A DNA stretch of 64,000 bases, from NCBI RefSeq assembly GCF_018977255.1, contig NW_024704742.1, forward strand, positions 18,416,001 to 18,480,000, written 5' to 3'. Source of the stretch: Callorhinchus milii. Lineage: Eukaryota. Position numbers and translations under genes: made by a program. This document shows, piece after piece, positions 26,633-36,918 of this stretch (the stretch's first letter is position 1; each line of letters opens with the position of its first letter). The notes beneath the pieces were generated by a model. That model did not search any database, was not told where the DNA came from, and was given only the letters and a program-made list of their open reading frames with translations.

Positions 26633-27827
26633 GAGCAAGAGATGAATATATCGCTATTCCTGGTTTGATGCATTGGTTTGTGGAGTGAACTTAATTGTAC
26701 CCAAACATCTTATGGCTGATGAAGAAGCTGTTGCTGGAACTGCCACCTGCCCTCCAAGATGCCACTTTATTTTTGCAAGATCAACAACTTTAAGGAGGCA
26801 GTTAGTTGCTGGTACAACTTTTTGCTTAGCCTCTCCAACAACTCTACGCCTTTGCCTACTGTGCGTAACAGCTCAAGTTTCTGGAGTATGCTGGGATACA
26901 TAGTGATGTCCTTGCAGAAAACAAGAAAAAAAAATTATCCTCAGTACTGAGATGAGAAAACAATTGCGCACACATGCAGTTAAAGTATCTCAAGTACTCT
27001 TCCCTCTTGCGTGGTTTCTAAGTCTGCCTTCCTTATTCAATTCCCAGCTACCTTGTTAGAGGGCCCCTACTGTCCCAACCTATAATTGATTGCAACTCTT
27101 CACACTTATTGAACATTGCTATCGTCAGTGATGATAGCAATGTTCCGAAAGTGAACGCTGCCCACAAAGTATTTCTACACTATTTTCCTATTACTTTTTA
27201 ACTGTTTTGCTCCTAACATATTTCTCCCCCATGATGGCAAAAATATGCCTAGTTGACTAATAGAAATAATGAACAAAATCTTTGTAAAATAAATGCGCAT
27301 ATTCAATGTGTGGAGCCCTCTGTGGATACATTTTCAAATTAAAGATAAATAATTGGAAAAATATTCAATTCAGTCTCCATTTCAACACTGTTCTTCACAC
27401 AGTTCTTAAAAAGAAACCAGCTTTTAAAGTGTTTTCCACAATTCTGCGTAATCTTAAATTTTATGACAAAATGGTCTTGCAGACTGGATACAATATCAGG
27501 TACACATTTAGGTCTCTTAACTCTTTGTCTAAGGTCTACACAATTTACGCTTTTAGATTTGTTCCTAGAATCATAGTAGAATAGATGGCCATTTGGCTCA
27601 GCAAACCTATGGTTGTCTTTCATTAGAGCTTACTTTATCCAAATTCCAAGCTCCCTACAAATTCATTGTAATATTCTCCCTCTGCAAATATTTATTCAAT
27701 TCTCTTTTAAGAAATATTTTCTCAGCCATAATAGCTATTAGCAGCATTCCATATTCTAACAACCACCTTCATGGGAGGATTGCTTATGACTTTCTCTTTA
27801 ACACTTCCAGTCACTATCCTCAGCTAA

Positions 27828-28113
27828 CAATAATAATCGTTGCATTTGATATAGCACCTTTCACATTGGGAGGATGTCCCAAAGCGCTTCACAGGATTTT
27901 CTGTGAAGGGGAGTTACTGTATTTGTGGGTGAACGAGGCAGCCAATTTGTGCACAGCAATGTCCCACGAACAGGCATGAAGTAAATAATCAATTTTATCT
28001 GGGGGATTATTGTCCAGGACACTGGGAGAAACTCCCCTCTTTTTTCGAATAGTGCACTGGGATCTTTGACATAAACCTGAACAGGGAGGCAGGACTACGG
28101 TTTAACATCTCAT
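27828..28113 (-). mobile_element. Deu-core SINE (SacSINE1/AmnSINE-like) fragment with L2-type tail
   Basis: Contains the recurring block aatagtgc..tgggatcttt..c.tc.acc....ggcag....g...ggtttaac.tctcat, also at about 24115-24440, 30760-30955, 52680-53010, 61085-61170 and, inverted, 63225-63395. Family assignment is from memory. Confidence 0.65.
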
Positions 28114-29749
28114 AATGTTCCCCATCACTCCTCCCCCCATGGTTATGAACCAATGGGACTATTATTTCATTATTTTTTCAAAACTTTTAATAATTTTGAA
28201 ATGCTCTATTAGATTCAATCTTTACCTTCTCTGGTTCAGTAAAATCCCTAATTTTCAGCCATATCCTCAGAACTTTTCATCTCTGATATTATCCTTCTGA
28301 ATCATTCTTTCCATAATGAGGCACCTAAAATGTCACACAGTGGCCAAATCAACGATCAGCATAAATGTAATAATTTGTTCATACTTGCCTATTCAATGTC
28401 CTTTACGTAAATCTCAGGATCCCATTTGCTCTTTAATAGCCTTTTTTTAAACCGACACCATTAAAGATCTATGTCCACTTCTGGATCTTTCTGTTCCTCA
28501 ACATCATTAAAATTCTTACCAAGTGCTTTCCTTTCTTCTTTTTCCCCAAATATGGCATTCAGAAACATTAAACTGCATCCACCTCCTATCTGTTCACTTT
28601 GCTAAGTAATTAATGCTGTAAAACCAATACTTTCATTATTTTTTTGTACAGTGGACTTGACTTCTGGTCCACATCCCTTTATTTTCTTTCAAACAACATG
28701 ATTGTGCTTTTCCATCCTGTTTTCTTAATGGTATATTGAAATTTAAATATTGCATAAAAACCTCTGAATTGCAAAAATAGGAAATTAAAAATATCTAAAA
28801 AATACTAGTATATGGTATTCTTTGCAGCTTCTTGCACTTTATCCCCTAATTTGGTGTGATTGACATATTTATAAATTGTTCTCCTTACATGTCTATTTCC
28901 AAATCAACAACAAATTACAATTGTATAACGCCTTTCACATGGAACAAACTAAGGTTCCTGCACAAAATCCTGGGTACTCCAATAAAATCCAACAATCCTG
29001 AGAAACATCCCTTTACACCCTACAATTTGCTTTGAGCCATTCCGCTATAATAATCACTCCAACTCACCACTTTGCCTGTAATACCATGTACATTAAGTTT
29101 CTCAACCAGGCTGGTATGAAGCTATTTATCAAACACATTGTGAAAATCCATATATACGTCAACTATATTTCCAATATACACATAGTCTGACATAGCCAAG
29201 TATGTAATTATTATTATTAATTACACGGCAATTCATTTAATAATCGACATGACTTGTTTTTACAAGTCCATATTGACTTTACCAGATCAATTCCTAGCTT
29301 TCAAAAAATCCATTCCATATTATGATCTTTCTGAGGTAAACTAATTGGACTATAATTCCATTGCTATTCTGTTTCTTGTTTTAAACAGTGATGTAACATT
29401 TTCCACACTCCAGTTCTTTGGCATAATTCCCATTTTCAAAGATTGCGGCCATGCATCCGTTAATCCTGGTAGCTGTACAGACAGGAAGATAAACAGTAAC
29501 AGTATACTGGTATAGTATAAAAGTATATGTGGCTCGTTTAGTGTTTTTTAAAAATGTTTTAATTCAATGAAAACCTATTAAAATGAATATCAGGACAGAA
29601 TAAAATTGTGATTGAAAGTATTGATGTGACGTGATCAGTCATTTTGTACATCACACAGATTGTGACATATAAATTAATTTGCAAATGACCATATCTTTCA
29701 GAATGGTTCCATTTCAAGACAATTAAAAGGACTGCTTCCCTTATATCTG

Positions 29750-30012
29750 ATGTTCTTAAGCTTTTTGTCCCTGGTGTCCTCTGTTCTACCATTGGCAGCT
29801 GTGCTTTTAGCCACTATCCCACGAAACTCTGGAAAAGTCTCCCTCAAGCTCCTCCATCTTTAAGACCTTCCTCTTTGATTGTGCTTATGGTCACACCCCC
29901 ACCCACTGGCTCAGTGTCGGGCTCCGCCACTATCAAACGCTCTGAGATGCTACCCTGCGTGAGGGTAACATCTCAGAGCTACCCTCTCTTGCGATTGCAA
30001 GTCATTGTTGCT
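29750..30012 (+). mobile_element. L2 3' end (second tail subfamily)
   Basis: Similar to 35530-35905 and 44310-44555 (aagcgctctgag..ctaccctgc.tg.aggg tail). Confidence 0.7.
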
Positions 30013-32010
30013 GTTATCTGAAGCTCGGACTTCTTGGAATGGACAACTTGCTTTTCCTAGTACATGTACAACAGCCTTGGTACTGGTATCATCTGAAAAG
30101 GTCCTCGGAATTTGGCACAAGCCAGTAATGTAATTGGCCAGACTGCATTCAATGTAATGTTAGTTGTGCATATTAAATCAGAACTGAAACAGTCACAATG
30201 TTATGAGAGAGTCTTATCGAAAGCAAAATAGATTCCAGAGGAATCAGTATGTTCTGCTGTTCAATTGCAATCTGATGCTGGATTTATTGCAAGAACTGAC
30301 AAGAATTCACTGCCAAATTTCTAGAGGAGCCACAACATTAACTTCAATATTTCCAATTATGTAGAAGTTTTCAAGTAAAGACAGAGATAAATTGATTTAC
30401 TGAATTTCCACTAACATAACTTAAGTAGTTGTGTATTCTGGCCAACTACATTTGAGGTGCACAATGTTCACCTAACTTAAATATCTGTTTTATTGGCATT
30501 AAAGAAGCTTAACTCAGAAGGTAAATACAAATAATGACAAGATTTATCCCCAAATTCATTCTATTTGTTTATTTCTTTAACTTAACACTTGTTGTAAAGT
30601 TTTGCTGTCACCAGATTACTCTATGGTGCCTGTATAACTTCCATCTCATCAGACTAGACCAATCACAGGCTGTCTTCTCAATCTTCGGAGTATTGCTATA
30701 TCTTGTTGTGAATATAAGCTGTGATTTCTACACTGCCGACTGCAGAAAGTCCCTTTTCTTTTTGCTGTGGAATCTTTAACGTCTACTTGAACAGGCAGAT
30801 GAAACCCCAGTTTAACATCTCAATTGAAGGCCAGAACGTCCAACAGTGCAGCCATCCCCAGCTCTTCATTGGAGTATCAGTTAGACTATACGGGTTCCAA
30901 GTTCCTTTGTGGGGCTTGAACCCACAACTTTCTGACTCAGAGGCAATAGAGCTACCAACAGTTGTTGCTGATTGTGGGGCACAGTGTTTCAGTGATTATT
31001 CATAATTGACTGTGTGCACAATTGCCTGCTGTAATTACCTGCGAAATACAGCCATTACACGTTACAGTAAACCCTGTGAAGCATTTTGAGATGTGCTCCT
31101 GACGTTAAAGGCTCTATATCAAATGCAAGGATTCGTCTTATTACTTATATTTGCGAAATACCGGCTTAAATTTAACGCTGCAGTACAAAACTCTGGCAAT
31201 CTGTTTCATTATATGAGGTGCATGGATTGACAAAAAGACTGAGAGAATGACAAATGGGCTCCTCTTTCCTGATGCAAGCAGCTGTCCTATTTCTCCTTGA
31301 TACAAATGGAAGTGTGGATGAGATTTGGCAGAAAGTGTGTGTAATGGCATGCTGAAACGTTTGAGTGCTGTTCTCCGCTATGATTACACTGTTCTCTCTT
31401 ATAATATCTCAGTCAGAGAATAGGACATGCCAAATTGTGTTAACTGCACCAATTAATTGAATTGGCTGCATTTAATCACACAAGAGCTGTTAATAAAAAG
31501 GCAGATTGATGTCCTTCACACTACCCAAGCAATTACCTCTACCTTTTTCATTCCATAACAGCTTACACTGTGTCTGCTTGATGTCCGCTATTATAGTGCA
31601 TCTAATTAAATATTGCAGTCTACATTCTGTGATTCTTAAAAATGCTAAATAATCCATATAGTAATGCTAAATGCCAACAAATCTATTTCCCTTCCTAAGA
31701 GCAGAGGGGGAAAAAATCAATATCACATTAAACTGCCACATTGGATTTTATCTGCTTTGATGCACCTGCTCTTGGTTCTAACAGTTTTGTTCATCTGAGC
31801 ATTTTGAGTGTTTGACCTTCGGTTAATGCATGTTTGTGCTTACTTTATACTTTTTACATATTAATATTTAAATGGTGATGGTTTAGTATAAGGTGATCCT
31901 TACATTTGATAGATCACCTTTCATGTCAGGAAAAATCTAAAAATTTCACAGGATTTAAAGTGGAGTGACTGTGTATTTTGTACATGAAGTTTTCATGAAT
32001 CTATTAGACT

Positions 32011-32040
32011 GGTGACATGTGGTGACATGTGGTGACATGT
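32011..32040. repeat. 3 x GGTGACATGT tandem repeat
   Basis: Three exact 10-mers. Confidence 0.9.
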
Positions 32041-34575
32041 AAGAATAAAGAAGTGAAAAAGTAAGAACAGTTTAACGGCAATGCCGAGGAAACATGTAGT
32101 ATGTTGCCTAGAAAATGGATTGACGACTAACTGGATAAAAGTCCAAGAGCTCCCGCAAGTGGGGTGAATTAAGCTAAGTTTTCCATTTGGATGCAGGATC
32201 ACCAAAGGAACACTGAGCATAGGGTTTGTGGAGTGGCACAGAATTGGTTTATAGTCTGGGGACACATTTTTGTGGACTCCGCATTTACCTGTAACAAAAT
32301 GATACATTCCAAATTAATTAACCCCACTGGATCACGCAAAATTAAAACACTATTTGGATCAAGGCAATAATGATTCCGTTATCACCTTATTATAGATGAT
32401 TTTCCAGTTAGAGCCACTAAATAGTGAGCAGAAGTGGGAATCCTGACTGTATTTTATCGCTCACTAACAGGCATATTCGAGTAACATAATAAAGGGACAG
32501 ATCTCATTATACTGTGGTGCAAATTATGAAATGTGTTGATAGATTTGGTGTCAAAATTATCACAATAGATCTGCAAAGGCACATTACAACTGTCACCCCA
32601 TTATATACAAATAATGATTTCAAATACAGCAGAGCCTATTAAGTATCCTTAATAAAGGATCCAGAAGTGTATCATAATGGCTTGTAGAAACACGACACAA
32701 ACTATTTTTGTAGAGGATTTCATGCAAGTTCGCTGATGTACTTTCAATTACCAAAAGGAATCCTAACTTGGATTCTTTAACCAAGGAATTTCTTTTGAAA
32801 TGGTTGAGCTTCAGGACCCATAGTCTTACTTTATCTTATTGTACTTTGCTTTATATGACATTTTGAGTACATAATTTATGCATCCCTCTCTAAATTAGGC
32901 TGACATTTTTACTAACGGGTGAGATTTTCACTAAAGGGTGCTAAAGGTACTATTTCCAGTGGATTTATTTTCATCCTTTAGGAGGGAAATCAGGCAGCAT
33001 TTTTTTCATGGAAAGAAAGGGTAGTGGAAATCTGGAACTCTCCCCCAAAAGTCTGTGGATGCTGCATCCATTCAAATTTTCTAGACTGAGGTGGATAGAT
33101 GATTGTTAGGTCAGGGTATTGAGTGATGTGAATGGCCTGAATGGCCTACTCCTGTCCCTATATTCCTACGTTGCTTTCCAATAATTTCCTAATAGAAATT
33201 TCACAGTCAATGTTTCTCCAATGAACTTTGGTTGTGGTGTATTGCCAAGTTCCTGACTCACTGAGCAGTGGACGAAACATATCCCTCAGCGGACCAATTT
33301 TAAACTTAAAAAAACAGTTTTGCTGACATACTAAATTGATGGGCTATGTAATTTTGATCCTGTTCCATTGAGACATATACAGTATGGTATGTAATCTTGG
33401 TTTTCATATTTTGCCAATTATCCATGTAGGCCACCAAATGAAAATAAGCATTACAAATTAAAGAAATAGAAACCCAGAGTACTGGAAATACACACTAAGT
33501 ACTTAATGTGAATTTTCTGTTCTTATTTCCATTTTCAGCATTTTGCAGATTTGCTTTTTATAATTTAAGATTAATTGAGATTACTATTACTATTAAAGGT
33601 ATATGTTTGTGTACAAGCTACAATATATCCAATTTCCACAAAGTGAACAAGAGTGTGTGAATATGTACATATGTATGTGTGTGTAGGATTCCTTATCCTC
33701 CACCGCACAATTGTCATCACAATATATGGAGAAATTTCACACTGATTGGAAATGTGTTGAACATCTTTTACTTCACTTTGTTTTTCCATATTTTTGCTGT
33801 TTATTTATATTAAGGAGTTATTCTGCTCTATCTGACCTTGGAAAGGAGTTGGGCTATTATTCTTTGGCTGCTGGTAAATTGGCCAACCTTTTCTTTTCGG
33901 GTTTTAAAGTGAACATTAGCAAAGACTGAGACCTGTACCAGCAATTAGAGAATGATATGTGCAGATTCAAATCTTAGGCCTGACAGGATACTATGAATAA
34001 TTCAAGGTTCTATTTGAAAATATACTAGGGGTCAAGCAAACACTCCTCGTGATTGTTAATTTAAGTGAACGTGCAGACATGAATAATGATAATAATATTA
34101 ATAATCCTTACATTTGATATAGTGCCGTTCACGTAGGAATAATGTCCCAATGTGCTTCACATGATATACTGTAAAGTGCAGTGACTGTGTATTTTGTGGG
34201 GTTTATCAGGGTAGCATGATGGAAAATTGCACTAATGGATGAACGACCTATGTTTGGTGCTAATTTAAGTATCGCTGGTCATCAAGTAACTGCAGTGAAG
34301 GGAGTTGTTGTGCCCTCAATGCAGACTGCAATGCAAATATTAATTTGTTACGACTTTGTTAAAGCCATGAAGGAGGAAGTCTTTCAACATTCTGCACCGT
34401 AAAGGCACAGTATTCAACTCTAGTTTTAACCTTGAATTAGTGAGGATAACAAAATCACAGAATTTTGAGTGGGAAGTGAGTGTGAGAGCAATGACTACTA
34501 CTGGTATAATTACACTAACAATTTGCATTGTTCACATTGTTTTACTAATCAAAGTGATACCAGTCACTCCCTGTA

Positions 34576-34684
34576 CAGGGTGACCAAAATGTCATGATAT
34601 CTATCCTATTATTTAAAAACAAAAATATCATAGTTTAAGACTTATTAGACATTGTAATGGTATCAGAACTTTTTGGTCACCCTG
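34576..34684. mobile_element. Tc1/mariner-type MITE, 109 bp
   Basis: TA|CAGGGTGACCAAAA...TTTTGGTCACCCTG|TA; 26-bp TIRs with 4 mismatches; TA on both flanks. Confidence 0.82.
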
Positions 34685-35529
34685 TAGTATTGAAGAAGTG
34701 AATTAAAGCTGCCCTGAATATGTCTTGAAGCATTGACTCTAATGCCTCCATGGTAGCAGTGAAAGTATTCATGTACAAGGTCCTACTCTGGCCATGGCCC
34801 GTGTAAGTCAAGTCTCTACTACAAGCAGCACATTGTTGTGATGCTCTCACTGGCAGACTGCAATCAAAACACCAGAGGAAGCTCTTTTCTCATGTTCTTA
34901 TATCAGATAGATGTCTCGGGTTGCAGTGATGCGCATTTTACAATCCACTAGGTATTTCAGGTTCCATAATTGTTTGCTTCATAATGTACTGATACCTGAC
35001 ATCCTGAAAGTTGCTTTTAGATCCAGGATCGAACAAAGTTGCCTGGATTTCACTCACTACTGCATGCTCAGCAATGTACATTCATTACATCACTCCTCTA
35101 ACTAACGTTCCCCCCTGTGCTTGTTATATCCATTACAAACATATGTTGTTACCATTTGTCCTAGTGGGCAATGATGTTGTTTTAAATTGCCTTTTATTAT
35201 CAGTATCCTTCAGAGGCTAATAAATTCTGATCTGCTGCTCTTCGTCAAAACTATGTTACTGTGCAGCACTCAGTATTGTACATTTTAGCAGGTATTCTTT
35301 GGGAACTGCTGGAATACAGCAAACCATATAGACTCTCCATGATTTTTACTGGATCAGATTATCTTCAGTGTGCAAATTTAAAAGCATTACTTCAAGCACA
35401 GCACCAAAATAGACTTCACACCACAGCAACTTAGAAGAAAGATTTGAGATGAAAATAACAAGCAAAATCAATAAATAGGATTTCAAAAATCAGTGTAGAT
35501 GTGTTGAACTTATTCTCAAGTAACTCTCC

Positions 35530-35908
35530 CTCAACGCTCCACTGGCTCCCCATTACCGAACGGATTGACTTCAACCTCTTCACTCCCGGTGCACCTCCCT
35601 ACCTCTCCAACCTCCTCACTCCCCAGTCCACCACCCGGCACCTCCGCTTGACTGGCACCAGCCTCCTGCTTGTCCCTCGCACCCTCCGACCCATCAATGA
35701 AGGTCGTGCTTTCAGCCACTACCCCCCGAAAATCTGGAAGACTCTCACTCAATCCCTCACCTTGCCACCTCCTCCGCTTTTTTAAGTCACTTGTGAAAAC
35801 CTTCCTTTTCGACCGTGTTTACAGTCACCTTCCACCCCCGGCTCAGAGTCAGGCTCTGCCACTGTTAAGCGCTCTGAGACGCTACCCTGCATGGAGGGCC
35901 ATTGTTGT
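35530..35908 (+). mobile_element. L2 3' end
   Basis: LHWLPITERIDF...GRAFSHY.PKIW...KTFLFDR. Confidence 0.8.
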
Positions 35909-35988
35909 TATACCACTATGGCTATTTTGGGCTCAACTTTATGCTTATAGATCCAAAATTCTGTTTAGTATTTCCCAGTAAGACTGCT

Positions 35989-36693
35989 CCAGTCGGGGAG
36001 CGGCAGCAGGACAGCGCGGGGAGGAGCCTGGGCCTACTGACCCAGGTACTTAAACTCGACGCCGGAGCGAGTGCAGCCAGTCGGGGAGCGGCAGCAGGTC
36101 AGCGCGGGGAGGAGCCTGGGCCTACTGACCCAGGTACTTAAACTCGACGCCGGAGCGAGTGCAGCCAGTCGGGGAGCGGCAGCAGGAGAGCGCGGGGAGG
36201 AGCCTGGGCCTACTGACCCAGGTACTTAAACTCGACGCCGGAGCGAGTGCAGCCAGTCGGGGAGCGGCGGCAGGACAGCGCGGGGAGGAGCCTGGGCCTA
36301 CTGACCCAGGTACTTAAACTCGACGCCGGAGCGAGTGCAGCCAGTCGGGGAGCGGCGGCAGGACAGCGCGGGGAGGAGCCTGGGCCTACTGACCCAGGTA
36401 CTTAAACTCGACGCCGGAGCGAGTGCAGCCAGTCGGGGAGCGGCGGCAGGACAGCGCGGGGAGGAGCCTGGGCCTACTGACCCAGGTACTTAAACTCGAC
36501 GCCGGAGCGAGTGCAGCCAGTCGGGGAGCGGCGGCAGGACAGCGCGGGGAGGAGCCTGGGCCTACTGACCCAGGTACTTAAACTCGACGCCGGAGCGAGT
36601 GCAGCCAGTCGGGGAGCGGCGGCAGGACAGCGCGGGGAGGAGCCTGGGCCTACTGACCCAGGTACTTAAACTCGACGCCGGAGCGAGTGCAGC
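35989..36693 (+). repeat. Tandem array of 8 x 88-bp GC/CpG-rich monomers at the L2 5' end
   Basis: AGTCGGGG starts at 35991, 36079, 36167, 36255, 36343, 36431, 36519, 36607; units differ by only 1-2 substitutions. Confidence 0.97.
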
Positions 36694-36918
36694 TAGGGAG
36701 GGGAGGGAGGTGTGGGGACGGAGCGGGGAACTGCGACGTCATAGATTAGTTTTCAGGTGAGTGCGCGCGCACAAAAAAAAAAAAAAAAAAAACCCTCTGC
36801 GCCCCCCCCCCCCAGGGCTCACATCAGAGCCCACTATGGTCCTGTTGGGTTCGATGCCCCAATCTGCGGGATAATGCCATCCACCTGACCGCGCGCTCCC
36901 GATCCCCGCGTGCACACT

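Noticed and set aside
35991..36078. Known self-cleaving ribozyme in the monomer (hairpins CCTGGG/CCCAGG and ACTCG/CGAGT)
   Set aside because: I could not fit hammerhead, HDV, twister or pistol cores by eye; an Infernal search would settle it.
35989..36693. CRISPR-like array
   Set aside because: The units are contiguous and near-identical with no unique spacers, there are no cas genes, and the context is vertebrate.
36886..36888. Selenocysteine recoding of the in-frame TGA before the L2 ORF
   Set aside because: I saw no SECIS-like element in the 3' UTR, and copy B has a good ATG downstream of the TGA.
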